NCBI GenBank assembly: GCA_017622875.1
Contig: JAGAQG010000030.1
Location: forward strand, 211-64,210
DNA length: 64,000 nt
Reading direction: 5' to 3'
Source of the DNA: Lachnospiraceae bacterium
Lineage (GTDB): Bacteria > Bacillota > Clostridia > Lachnospirales > Lachnospiraceae
Made by a program: the position numbers and the translations under genes. Each line of letters starts with the position of its first letter. Positions within the stretch are counted from its first letter, which is position 1. The notes below the pieces were generated by a model. That model ran no database searches. It was not told the DNA's origin and saw nothing but the letters and a program-made list of their open reading frames with translations. Below, piece after piece: positions 8,171-16,907 of the stretch.

Positions 8171-9088
8171 TTACCTTTCCATACTTCTCTCACGTTTTTT
8201 CTGCCATTGTTCAAGCAGCTGAATGATTTTATCCTCCATCTGCTTGCTGGTGTAAGATTTCGGGAAGTATTTTCTAAGTGAATCTGTTTTGAAAGTAACT
8301 CGGTCGAGTTCGCCCTTCTTTATTTCATTCATAATTTCACACATCGCATCAAGGGTACATTCACCGGACTGTGCCAGTTTCTTGATACGCTGTGCCTGGG
8401 AGAGAGAAGGGGCAGCCTGAGCATAATCCATAGCTTCCAGAAAGTCTTTCTGTTCTTCTCTTGCGAGATAGGAAAGCTCAACAGCGGGATTAAACTTAAT
8501 CTGTCCGTTATCGACCATATCCAGTAATTCGGGGATAAGCTCAGTCAGTCGGATATAGCGACGAACCGTGTCACCGCTAATACCTTCTTTCTGTCCAACC
8601 TCATCATCACTTCTCGACTTCGCCGCAAGTTGCGGCGAAGTTGTTTTGCCCTGATGCTTGATAGCATCCATCTTCATGCGATAGGCAAAAGCACGTTCAC
8701 TTGGCAGAAGCGTTTCTCTCTGCAAGTTGGAATCGACCATCAAGATGATTGCCGCATCATCATCCAGATCACGGACAATAACCGGCATGGTCTCTTTGCC
8801 CGCAAGCTCAGACGCATGGTGTCGCCTGTGACCGGAGATAATCTCATAGCCGCCATAGGGGTCAGGGCGAACAATAGCAGGTGTCAGAACGCCGTATTCC
8901 TTGACGCTCTCAACGGTTTTCGCCATCTCCTCATCGTCCACAACTCGGAAGGGGTGTCCCTCAAATGGATGGAGTTCAGAAAGAGGAATTTCCTGCACTC
9001 GCTCCTGTTGGGCTTCAGCTCTGCTTTCCTCCGTGGAGAAAAGATCATCGTACCCCTTCAAGTTGATGTTTGCGCCTTTTTTCGGCAT
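8171..9088 (-). CDS. parB: ParB/Spo0J-like partition protein (ParB N-terminal nuclease-like domain)
   Basis: PLSELHPFEGHPFRV...YGVLTPAIVRP...YEIISGHRRHHASELAG. RBS AAAGGAGGTG. Confidence 0.85.
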   Translation of the reverse strand: MPKKGANINLKGYDDLFSTEESRAEAQQERVQEIPLSELHPFEGHPFRVVDDEEMAKTVESVKEYGVLTPAIVRPDPYGGYEIISGHRRHHASELAGKETMPVIVRDLDDDAAIILMVDSNLQRETLLPSERAFAYRMKMDAIKHQGKTTSPQLAAKSRSDDEVGQKEGISGDTVRRYIRLTELIPELLDMVDNGQIKFNPAVELSYLAREEQKDFLEAMDYAQAAPSLSQAQRIKKLAQSGECTLDAMCEIMNEIKKGELDRVTFKTDSLRKYFPKSYTSKQMEDKIIQLLEQWQKKRERSMER

Positions 9089-9875
9089 TGTTTAACACCT
9101 CCTTTGTCAAAACACGATAAGCGTCTGCCACTTTACCTTTCGGATCGTGCTTGAAAATACTGGTTCCCTCGGCACTTATTTCTTCCGCACGGACAGAACG
9201 AGGGATGTCCGTCTTGTAGACCTTTAGCTTGCCACCGTAGCTCTCACGAATCAGGTTACTGATGTCCTTTGCGTAGTTGGTTCTGCTGTCTACCATCGTC
9301 AGAAGAATACCTTCGATTTTCAGCTTCGGATTAATTTGACGACGAACCTTGTTGATGGTCTGCAAAAGCTGTTCCAAGCCCTTTGCGGGAAGGTACTGTG
9401 CCTGCACCGGAATAAGAACGGTATCCGCAGCAGCAAGAGCATTCACGGTCAGCATACCCAGAGAGGGCATACAGTCCAGAAGAATGAAGTCATAGCTCTG
9501 CTTTACCGTATCCAGGTACTGACGGAGAATGGTCTCTCGGCTCATAGCGTTTACCAGAGATACCTCAAGACCGGAAAGCTCGATGTTGGAAGGCATCAGG
9601 TCGATGCCTTCAGGATGATGCAGGATACCTTCGCCCGGTTCAATGGGCTTTTCCATCATAACCTTTGCCATCATGTCAGAAAGCGTTGTGGGCAGTTCAT
9701 CGGGAACAGGATAACCAAGGCTGATTGTCAGCGATGCCTGCGGGTCTGTGTCTACGACCAGAACCTTTTTGCCCTCCATCGCCAAGCCGACACCAAGGTT
9801 TTCCGTGGTAGTTGTCTTGCCGGTACCGCCTTTCTGATTAACCACAGCCATGACGGTTGCTTTCTTTGCCACCAT
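9045..9875 (-). CDS. parA: ParA/Soj family ATPase
   Basis: Deviant Walker A VVNQKGGTGKTTTTENLG. It overlaps parB by 44 nt. Confidence 0.9.
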   Translation of the reverse strand: MVAKKATVMAVVNQKGGTGKTTTTENLGVGLAMEGKKVLVVDTDPQASLTISLGYPVPDELPTTLSDMMAKVMMEKPIEPGEGILHHPEGIDLMPSNIELSGLEVSLVNAMSRETILRQYLDTVKQSYDFILLDCMPSLGMLTVNALAAADTVLIPVQAQYLPAKGLEQLLQTINKVRRQINPKLKIEGILLTMVDSRTNYAKDISNLIRESYGGKLKVYKTDIPRSVRAEEISAEGTSIFKHDPKGKVADAYRVLTKEVLNNAEKRRKHQLEGVR

Positions 9876-9921
9876 TCATCACCTCGACTTTCTTATTGGG
9901 TTTCAAGTTTTATCACTCCTT

Positions 9922-10824
9922 TCAACGAAAAAAGCCCTCTGACATATCGTGACTTACCTTTGCTGTGTAGAAAGGGTCGATAGTAAGAGGGGCATTATAT
10001 ATCGCAGCAAGCAGATACTGCTTGACGTTGCGAACATCAGTTTTGTTTTCTTTGAAGCAGTCAATAACGAAACAGATATGGTCTGATTCCAACTTCATAA
10101 ATCTGCTTTTTACAATTTCAGCTGGCTTATCATCACTGGCGATACGAATCAGCTTGCGTCTGGTACATACTGTTTCAACGATCAAGTCCAAAATGGAATT
10201 AAGCAGATTGTGGTCGTATGGATACCTGGACAGCAGAATATCAAATTCAAGCTGTTCTCTGAAATAATCGTAATATTGTTTCCATTCTCCATTCCCTTCG
10301 GTTCCTTTTCCACAAAAACCGGAAGATAGGAAAGGATCAGTATCACTATAATCAGTATAATTAGTATCAGTATTATTTCCTCGTAGTTTTCCCGACTCCA
10401 CAATCGGGGTTTGTCCGACTCCAGAATCGTGATTTTCCCGACTCTTGAATCGTGATTCCACAATACTATCCACACCACTGACAAAGTTCTTCACATAGAT
10501 CAGGTTGGGTTTTCCAAGTCCCTGTCTTTTGCGTTCAATCAGGCCGCATTTCTTTTCCAATTCGTTATAGAGCTTCGTGGCCTTGTTATCACCACAGTTC
10601 AGCGCAGCCATCGTTTCTTCCAATGTGAATATGATATAGACACGACCGGCAGCATCCATCCAGCCGTTCCGGGCTGACAGATTCATGCGGTCAAGCAATA
10701 TACCATAGAGCAACTTTGCGTCGGTAGACACGTTCCAGAAACGATCATCGGTAAACAGCATCTTCGGTATTTTGTAAAAGGAGAACTGTTCTGCCTGCTG
10801 ACCGTAGAAATAATCAAATTCCAT
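9922..10824 (-). CDS. RepA_N-family replication initiator
   Basis: MEFDYFYGQQAEQFSFYKIPKMLFTDDRFWNVSTDAKLLYGILLDRMNLSARNGW.D..GRVYIIFT is a typical RepA_N N-terminus. RBS GGGAGGTGA. Confidence 0.75.
   Translation of the reverse strand: MEFDYFYGQQAEQFSFYKIPKMLFTDDRFWNVSTDAKLLYGILLDRMNLSARNGWMDAAGRVYIIFTLEETMAALNCGDNKATKLYNELEKKCGLIERKRQGLGKPNLIYVKNFVSGVDSIVESRFKSRENHDSGVGQTPIVESGKLRGNNTDTNYTDYSDTDPFLSSGFCGKGTEGNGEWKQYYDYFREQLEFDILLSRYPYDHNLLNSILDLIVETVCTRRKLIRIASDDKPAEIVKSRFMKLESDHICFVIDCFKENKTDVRNVKQYLLAAIYNAPLTIDPFYTAKVSHDMSEGFFR
10387..10466. repeat. 3.5 direct repeats of 23 bp inside the rep gene (candidate iterons / oriV)
   Basis: TTTTCCCGACTCCACAATCGGGG / TTTGTCCGACTCCAGAATCGTGA / TTTTCCCGACTCTTGAATCGTGA / TTCCACAATAC, starting at 10387, 10410, 10433 and 10456. 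Confidence 0.6.
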
Positions 10825-11056
10825 TTTTGCTCACCTCCCTCGGATGGAAGGGGTCGCTGACCAGAGGAGATTCCCTCAGTGTGCAGCCCTTGATTGCATA
10901 AGGACAACACACATAGTAACAGCTTCGATATTTCCACTTTGGCTGATGGAACTCACATTCTTTGCAGCTTCGTGGAGTCGTTCGCTTGGAGATCCGAGAG
11001 CCAGGAGCTTTTCTCAGTGTCCTTTCCATGGACTGAAATTTTTTGTCCTCACTCAT
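10814..11056 (-). CDS. Cysteine-rich small protein (Cys_rich_KTR-like)
   Basis: MSEDKKFQSMERTL...CKECEFHQPKWKYRSCYYVCCPYAIKGC. Its ATG overlaps the upstream stop (ATGA). Confidence 0.55.
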   Translation of the reverse strand: MSEDKKFQSMERTLRKAPGSRISKRTTPRSCKECEFHQPKWKYRSCYYVCCPYAIKGCTLRESPLVSDPFHPREVSKNGI

Positions 11057-11057
11057 A

Positions 11058-11282
11058 TTATCGGATGCCAAGCTCTCGCAGAATTTTCTTCGTACACCAC
11101 CCAATACAAGGGTGATCCCGCCCATAGGGACAGCCATCGCATTCTGACTGAACCTTTGGTGCTTCACGAATCAGGTAATAGCAATTACCTTTGCCCAGAC
11201 TGCAGCCCGACCATATTCCTTTCCAGAAATAGCACTTGCTGCATTCGCTTGGCTTGTCTGGAGCATACATTTCCTCTTGCAC
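11058..11282 (-). CDS. Cysteine-rich small protein (Cys_rich_VLP-like)
   Basis: GTG start 7 nt after GGAGG. ...CSKCYFW...GCSLGKGNCYY...CDGCPYGRDHPCIGWC. Proteins like this typically form the first gene pair of this ICE type. Confidence 0.6.
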   Translation of the reverse strand: MQEEMYAPDKPSECSKCYFWKGIWSGCSLGKGNCYYLIREAPKVQSECDGCPYGRDHPCIGWCTKKILRELGIR

Positions 11283-11328
11283 ATCCTAACCTCCAATCCT
11301 CAAATTTTTTCCGAGATGTTCGGAAATG

Positions 11329-11375
11329 AAAAAAGAGCGCTTACTCATCCCTCGAAAGGGGCGAATAAACGCTCT
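11329..11375 (-). terminator. Intrinsic-terminator-like hairpin about 50 nt upstream of the first ICE gene
   Basis: Minus strand: AGAGCG-(inner CCCT-TTCG-AGGG)-CGCTCT followed by TTTTTTC. A second hairpin, TTCCGA-N5-TCGGAA, lies at 11309-11325. Confidence 0.5.
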
Positions 11376-11444
11376 ATGTAAACACGATAATATTCAGTTT
11401 TATTTCCTATAACGTCGTAGCACTCAAAACATCCGCCTTTTGCA

Positions 11445-11540
11445 ATTAGCAAAAATTTTAGCCCGATTTTGGGGCTGATTAGCAGGAGGGGCATTTTCAT
11501 TAGCAAAAACAGCCCGTTTTCTGCTAAAAATTAGCTGGCG
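11445..11540. repeat. Cluster of TTAGCA/TTAGCT motifs, including two copies of a longer direct repeat
   Basis: ATTAGCAAAAA..AGCCCG(A)TTTT occurs twice (from 11445 and from about 11498). Also GATTAGCAGG, inverted TGCTAA (11522-11527) and TTAGCTGGCG (11531-11540). Confidence 0.5.
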
Positions 11541-11649
11541 ATTTTGTCTTATGACAGTAGTTCGATATTTTTTGGCGTGCAAAGAGTGACTCTCTAAGGT
11601 AAACTGTTCATTAAAAACAAACTAATTGACATTGCTATGTTTAGGTATG

Positions 11650-11687
11650 AAAAAAGCCGAAAACCCTTGAAAACAAAGGCTTTCGGC
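11650..11687 (-). terminator. Rho-independent terminator of tRNA-Arg
   Basis: Minus strand: GCCGAAAGCC-N12-GGTTTTCGGC followed by TTTTTT, 10 nt after the tRNA 3' end. Confidence 0.75.
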
Positions 11688-11696
11688 GTTGTTAGC

Positions 11697-11773
11697 TGGC
11701 GTCGCAAAAGGGACTTGAACCCCCGACCCCACGCTTAGGAGGCGTGTGCTCTATCCAACTGAGCTATTGCGAC
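11697..11773 (-). tRNA. tRNA-Arg(CCT): tRNA-Arg, anticodon CCT, CCA encoded
   Basis: Cloverleaf folded by hand: acceptor GTCGCAA/TTGCGAC, anticodon stem CACGC/GCGTG, loop CTCCTAA, T-loop TTCAAGT, 3' GCCA. Confidence 0.95.
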
Positions 11774-12134
11774 ATGGCTAATTTATATGATTAAGCCCGA
11801 AGAAACTCGAACTTGAATCCTGTATGAAGTTTTTGAGAGGTGAGCGTTGTAACGCCACCTTAGGAGGCCCTTATTATATCCATTTAACTAAGAGGACTTT
11901 TGCCTGCCTATTATAACATTTGTTCTTATATAAAATCAATAGTCATAAATATCTACTCTACATTATCAAATTAGACATTGCCGAGTATAAAAAATGCACA
12001 TAACAAATTGTTAAATTTTTACAAAAAAATAATAAAATATGTTTTTTTACTGTAAATTATTTATTTAATATTGAAGTTTAACTTCATATGTGCTAGAATT
12101 CAATGTAGCAAAACTAAGTAAAGGAGAGATTGAA

Positions 12135-13157
12135 ATGAAGAAATTAAACATTGCTGTTGTTGGTGCAGGTATTTATGGAAAAAACCATTTAGATGCATTT
12201 AGCACCAACCCAAATGTAAATCTTGTTGCAGTTTGTGATCTGAACAAAGAAATCACAGATCGGGTTTCTAAGGAATATGGAGTCAAAGGCTACAATGATA
12301 CAGAAGAAATGTTATTAAATGAAGACATTGATGCGGTAGTTGTAGCAACACCTGATCCTTATCACAAAGATCCAGTGATGACAGCGATTAAGTTTAAAAA
12401 AGATGTTTTGGTCGAAAAACCTCTGGCAACTACATCAGAAGATGCCTATGAAATTATTGAGGCTGCTGAAAAAGCAGGGGTTCGTGTTATGGTTGATTAT
12501 CATAAGCGTTGGGATCCGGCATCAATCGCAGTAAAGAACAAGCTTGCTAGTCCTGAAACAGGAAAACCAGTTCGTGGTTACATGAAAATGGATAATATTT
12601 ATGATGTAGCGCTTAACTGGTTGAAATGGTCCGGTAAATCCAGTCCGGTACATTTTGTAGGAACACATTGTTATGATCTTATTCGCTGGTACATGGGATG
12701 CGAAGTTACACAGGTATATGCGGTAGGACATAAAGGAATCCTTCAGTCAAAAGGTGTTGATACTTACGATAGTATTACAGCAATTTTGGAATTTGAAAAT
12801 GGATGTACATGGACAGTGGAAAATGCATGGATTATTCCAAATGGTTTCGCAAAAGCTGATGATGGACGTACAGAAATCTTATGTGAAAACGAAATGATTC
12901 GAGTAGATTCCCAGAAGCGAGGAGTAGAATTTTTTAATGATAATAAATTGTCAACGCCAAATATCTGCTTTATTCAAAGATATGAAGGAAGAGTATTAGG
13001 ATTTGGTATTGATCCAATGAATGATTTTGTTGACTGTATTTTAAATTACAAGCCATTTATGGCAAACTTGAAAGATGGGCTGGAAGCAGAACTGATTGCT
13101 GAAGCAGTACATAAGAGTGCAGATACTCATCAAGTTGTAAAAATTGAAAGAAGATAA
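12135..13157 (+). CDS. Gfo/Idh/MocA family oxidoreductase
   Basis: MKKLNIAVVGAGIYGKNH Rossmann N-terminus plus the EKPLA motif. RBS AAAGGAGAG. Confidence 0.85.
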   Translation: MKKLNIAVVGAGIYGKNHLDAFSTNPNVNLVAVCDLNKEITDRVSKEYGVKGYNDTEEMLLNEDIDAVVVATPDPYHKDPVMTAIKFKKDVLVEKPLATTSEDAYEIIEAAEKAGVRVMVDYHKRWDPASIAVKNKLASPETGKPVRGYMKMDNIYDVALNWLKWSGKSSPVHFVGTHCYDLIRWYMGCEVTQVYAVGHKGILQSKGVDTYDSITAILEFENGCTWTVENAWIIPNGFAKADDGRTEILCENEMIRVDSQKRGVEFFNDNKLSTPNICFIQRYEGRVLGFGIDPMNDFVDCILNYKPFMANLKDGLEAELIAEAVHKSADTHQVVKIERR

Positions 13158-13200
13158 AGTTCCCAGTGATACAAATAGGAACAGGAAAGGAGGATATATT

Positions 13201-13677
13201 ATGGGAAAAATAAAAATGGTTCGTATTGACTATAGAATGGTACATGGACAGATTGTAGCAAAATGGATTAAATTTCGGCCGGTTGACAGATTGATCCTTG
13301 CAGATGACGATCTTGTAAATGATCCATTTATGGGGGACATTTATCGGATGGCAGTTCCTGGAAGAGAAGTTGATATTGTAAAATTGACTGATATTCAGGC
13401 TGCAATCGACCGAAAGGACGATACCATACTGCTAATTTTTAAGGATGTTGATTCAGCTTATCAGGCATTCAAAGATGGTTTAGAGTTACCGGAGTTAAAT
13501 GTTGGTGCGGTTCAGAACAGTGCAAAACGTAAAACTGTAACTCAAGGCGTAGCACTTTCTGCAGATGAATACGCAAAGCTAAAAGAAATCAAAGCCGCAG
13601 GAGTAAATGTATTCCTGCAGCCAATTCCTGAAAAGGACGTAGTAAATCTTGAATCCGTAGAAAAGAAAATTAAGTAA
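13201..13677 (+). CDS. PTS mannose/sorbose-family EIIB
   Basis: VRIDYRMVHGQIVAKW motif. RBS GGAAAGGAGG. Confidence 0.85.
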   Translation: MGKIKMVRIDYRMVHGQIVAKWIKFRPVDRLILADDDLVNDPFMGDIYRMAVPGREVDIVKLTDIQAAIDRKDDTILLIFKDVDSAYQAFKDGLELPELNVGAVQNSAKRKTVTQGVALSADEYAKLKEIKAAGVNVFLQPIPEKDVVNLESVEKKIK

Positions 13678-13697
13678 AAGAGAGAAGGGGGATTCTT

Positions 13698-14462
13698 ATG
13701 AGTGGTTCACAATTAATTTTGATGGCTGTTATTATGGGACTTATGTATTGGATTGCCAGAGGTATGATCGGCGGATATTTCGCATTCTTCTTTGTAGCAA
13801 GCCCGATTGTAGTTGGCGTTGTTGCAGGTTTAATTTACGGTGATCTTACAACTGGTTTAATTCTTGGCGGTGGTATTGCAGCTGCTTTCGCAGGTATCAT
13901 TGCACCAGGTGGAAACTTACCTACAGACTCTGCACTTGCAGCAACGACGGTAATTCCTATTGCGTTAGCAACGGGGTTGACTGTTGAACAGGCAATCGCA
14001 TTTGCAGTTCCAATGGGTCTTGTTGGTTCTTTTGTTACCAATCTTCGTAAAATGGTTAACGTTATTTTCGTTCATAAAGCTGATGAATGTGCTGCAAAAG
14101 GAGACGAAAAAGGTCTCGCAAGATGTGCAGTTATTTATCCTCCATTAATCGAATTACCACTTTTGTTCCTGCCAGTATTTTTAGTAGTAATGTTTGGACA
14201 GGATGCAATGCTTGCATTTATGGAAGTAGTACCTGATTGGGTAATGCATGGTCTTGAAGTTGCCGGTGGTGTTATGCCAGCAATCGGATTTGCACTTATT
14301 ATGAACATGATCGGAAAACCACGAATGATTCCGTACACAATTATTGGATTTATCCTTGTAAAAGTTGTTGGATTAAATTCTCTGACAGCTGGTCTGATTG
14401 CAGGATGTATTGCAGTTCTTGTTATATTAGACAAACGTGAAAGAGCAAAGGAGGCGGCATAA
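13698..14462 (+). CDS. PTS mannose/sorbose-family EIIC
   Basis: Polytopic membrane protein between the IIB and IID genes. RBS AAGGGGGA. Confidence 0.8.
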   Translation: MSGSQLILMAVIMGLMYWIARGMIGGYFAFFFVASPIVVGVVAGLIYGDLTTGLILGGGIAAAFAGIIAPGGNLPTDSALAATTVIPIALATGLTVEQAIAFAVPMGLVGSFVTNLRKMVNVIFVHKADECAAKGDEKGLARCAVIYPPLIELPLLFLPVFLVVMFGQDAMLAFMEVVPDWVMHGLEVAGGVMPAIGFALIMNMIGKPRMIPYTIIGFILVKVVGLNSLTAGLIAGCIAVLVILDKRERAKEAA

Positions 14463-14463
14463 A

Positions 14464-15282
14464 ATGGCAGAATCAAGAAGAACTTTAACAACAAAAGATG
14501 TTAACAATGTCATTGCCAGATGGTATATTACCACAGAAATGTCATTAAACTATGAGCGTATGCAGTCAATTGCTTATACTTATGCTCTGATGCCAGCGCT
14601 CAAAAAATTATATCCTGATAAAGAACAATATAAAGAAGCTCTTCAAAGACATCTTGAGCTGTTTAATACGAATGCTACAGCTGGTGGTCTGATTCTTGGT
14701 ACAACACTGGCTATGGAAGAAGAAAAAGCAAATGATCCTGATGCAATTCCAGGCTCATCCATTATCGCTGTTAAAACAGGTTTGATGGGTCCTGTTGCTG
14801 CATTTGGCGATTCATTTAGTGCAGGTACTCTTACTACATTAGCAATCCTCGCTGCTTGCTCTTTGGCACAGGCAGGATCTATGGCAGGTTTCTGGGTACT
14901 GTTTTTAGGGACAATGATTACTCTTTGTGAATTGATTTTATTCACAAAATTAACTTACAAAAAAGGTAAATCTGTAATTAAAGATATCTTATCTTCAAGC
15001 CTTATGACAGACATTATCGAAGGTGCAAACATCCTCGGTATGACCATGATGGGTGCATTAACTGCTTCCATGGTAAGTCTTTCTGTTGCAATTACAGCAA
15101 ACTTTAATGAAGCTACATTAACTGTACAGGATAAACTGGATGCAATCATGCCTGGTATGCTTCCGATGGCTGTACTGTTCATTTACTACTATCTGATCAG
15201 CAAGAAACAGGTCAGCGTTGTAAAATTAGTATTATCAACCATTGTTATCGGCCTTGTTTGTGCATTGATTGGTTTGTTCTAA
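14464..15282 (+). CDS. PTS mannose/sorbose-family EIID
   Basis: RWYITTEMSLNYERMQSIAYTYALMPALKKLY is a typical IID N-terminus. RBS AAGGAGG. Confidence 0.85.
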   Translation: MAESRRTLTTKDVNNVIARWYITTEMSLNYERMQSIAYTYALMPALKKLYPDKEQYKEALQRHLELFNTNATAGGLILGTTLAMEEEKANDPDAIPGSSIIAVKTGLMGPVAAFGDSFSAGTLTTLAILAACSLAQAGSMAGFWVLFLGTMITLCELILFTKLTYKKGKSVIKDILSSSLMTDIIEGANILGMTMMGALTASMVSLSVAITANFNEATLTVQDKLDAIMPGMLPMAVLFIYYYLISKKQVSVVKLVLSTIVIGLVCALIGLF

Positions 15283-15295
15283 AAGGAGATCTTGT

Positions 15296-15706
15296 ATGAA
15301 AGGAATCATTTTGGCAAGTCATGGACGTCTTGCTGAAGGTATGCTGGATACATTGCAAATATTTTCTGATGGAGCAAAACAGATAGAAGCGCTTTGCCTG
15401 ATGCCTGGAGATGATGTTGCAGAATTTTTGGAGAAATTAAAAGAGGCGATTGACCATGTCGATACTGGAGATGGTGCGGTTATTTTCTGTGATCTTTTAT
15501 TTGGATCACCATGTAATTGCAGTGCCAGACTTTTAAATGATTCTCAGTATGCAGACAGAATTACTGTTATTACCGGAATGAACCTTCCTATGGTAATGGA
15601 ATATGAAGGTGCAAGAGCATTTGGGATGGAAAGCGAAGAAATGATGGAGACTGGAAAAAGTGGCATTATTGATTTTGGCGAGATGTTAAAATCAAATAAT
15701 CCATAA
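15296..15706 (+). CDS. PTS mannose-family EIIA
   Basis: MKGIILASHGRLAEGM, with the phospho-His near the N-terminus. RBS AAAGGAG. Confidence 0.85.
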   Translation: MKGIILASHGRLAEGMLDTLQIFSDGAKQIEALCLMPGDDVAEFLEKLKEAIDHVDTGDGAVIFCDLLFGSPCNCSARLLNDSQYADRITVITGMNLPMVMEYEGARAFGMESEEMMETGKSGIIDFGEMLKSNNP

Positions 15707-15723
15707 GCTATATTCTCCCCTAT

Positions 15724-15770
15724 ATTCCGTGGCGTCGGATTGTCTGAGCAATTGTCCGGCACCACGGAAT
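15724..15770 (+). terminator. Long stem-loop after the EIIA gene (possible terminator or processing site)
   Basis: ATTCCGTGG-N29-CCACGGAAT followed by TATATTTT. Confidence 0.4.
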
Positions 15771-15795
15771 TATATTTTAAAAAAGGAATGCGATT

Positions 15796-16194
15796 ATGAA
15801 AGAAGAAAAGATTAACGAAGTCCTGAAAAAGAATCAGATAGATGTAAAAGAGCATTCAACTATTTATGGTACAGTACAGGCAAGTACGGGTGCCTATAAC
15901 AATGGACTGGGTAATGTCATGCATACTATGAAAGATCATGTGATTCATATTAATCACCAGGGAGTTACAATTGTTCCCGTGGATGATAATCTTGGATCTT
16001 TAAAAGAAGACGAACTTGTATTTATTCCGCAGGAAAGAATTCAGATAATTAGAATGAACGTAAAATTTTTCTCATTTGGTTTGGAAATTCAGACAGATAA
16101 GGGAAAAATTATCTATAAAATCAGAAAAAATGCTCTTGGTTCTCCATGGCATAAAGAAAACTTGTCTTATTTACTATTAAGCATGACTCAATAG
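15796..16194 (+). CDS. Hypothetical protein (132 aa), PH-like impression
   Basis: RBS AAAGGAATG. No motif recognised. Located within the PTS locus. Confidence 0.55.
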   Translation: MKEEKINEVLKKNQIDVKEHSTIYGTVQASTGAYNNGLGNVMHTMKDHVIHINHQGVTIVPVDDNLGSLKEDELVFIPQERIQIIRMNVKFFSFGLEIQTDKGKIIYKIRKNALGSPWHKENLSYLLLSMTQ

Positions 16195-16207
16195 AGGGAG
16201 GAATTTT

Positions 16208-16858
16208 ATGAAGTCCGGTGCTATTTTTGATATGGATGGCTTGTTATTTGACACAGAGATATTGTATAATAACATGTGGGGAAAAGTGGCAGAAACCCAT
16301 GGATTAAAGCTAGATGGGAAGATGCTGGATGAGATGAGAGGTACGGGCAGAGAGGCTATGTACAAGATTATTAACAGGTACTGGCCGACGGTTGACGCTC
16401 CAAAAATCAGAGAAGAATTATTTGAAGAAGCACGAAAAGAATTATTAAAGAACGTTCCGATAAAACAGGGAGTTATAGAAATCCTGGAGTACTTAAAAAA
16501 TAATGGAGTAAGATTAGCTGTAGCTAGCGGCTCACCACTCGAATCAGTAAAAAACAACTTAAAAGTCGCACGTATTGATTCTTATTTTGATGTTGTTGTA
16601 AGTGGCGAGCAGGTTTCCTTTGGAAAGCCGGCTCCAGATATTTTTTTGCTGGCTGCCAGTAAGCTGGGACTGGGTGCGGAAGATTGTTATGTCTTTGAAG
16701 ACGCTCCAAATGGGGTATATGCAGGAGTGAAAGCTGGATGTAAAACAATTATGATTCCGGATATGTTAAGTCCTACGGAAGATTTGTATGAGATAGTTGT
16801 AGGGATTTATCCAAATCTTATAGAGGCTCTGGAGGGTATTAAGAGAGGAGAATGTTAA
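16208..16858 (+). CDS. HAD-IA hydrolase (beta-phosphoglucomutase / sugar-phosphatase-like)
   Basis: AIFDMDGLLFDTE motif I and the GKPAPDIF motif. RBS GAGGGAGG. Confidence 0.85.
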   Translation: MKSGAIFDMDGLLFDTEILYNNMWGKVAETHGLKLDGKMLDEMRGTGREAMYKIINRYWPTVDAPKIREELFEEARKELLKNVPIKQGVIEILEYLKNNGVRLAVASGSPLESVKNNLKVARIDSYFDVVVSGEQVSFGKPAPDIFLLAASKLGLGAEDCYVFEDAPNGVYAGVKAGCKTIMIPDMLSPTEDLYEIVVGIYPNLIEALEGIKRGEC

Positions 16859-16907
16859 TATTCCCTTTATACAGCATCTGAGATGGTACGGGTGTAAGGG
16901 GAGGTTT

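Larger units (their letters stand above)
4631..11390 (-). mobile_element. Segment of a conjugative element or integrated plasmid (RepA_N, ParA, ParB, DUF3846, DUF3801, T4CP)
   Basis: Tightly packed, translationally coupled minus-strand operon of conjugation and maintenance genes. It is visibly GC-richer than its flanks. Boundaries are approximate. Confidence 0.6.

Noticed and set aside
10182-10484. 100-aa minus-strand ORF inside the rep gene
   Set aside because: It is an alternative frame kept open by the iteron and low-complexity repeats. The RepA_N frame is continuous and has recognisable motifs.
11531-11773. tRNA-Arg 3' end as the ICE attachment site
   Set aside because: The tRNA's own intact terminator (11650-11687) lies between the tRNA and the ICE genes, so the crossover is not inside the tRNA. 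The 10-bp match is kept only as a weak observation in the findings.
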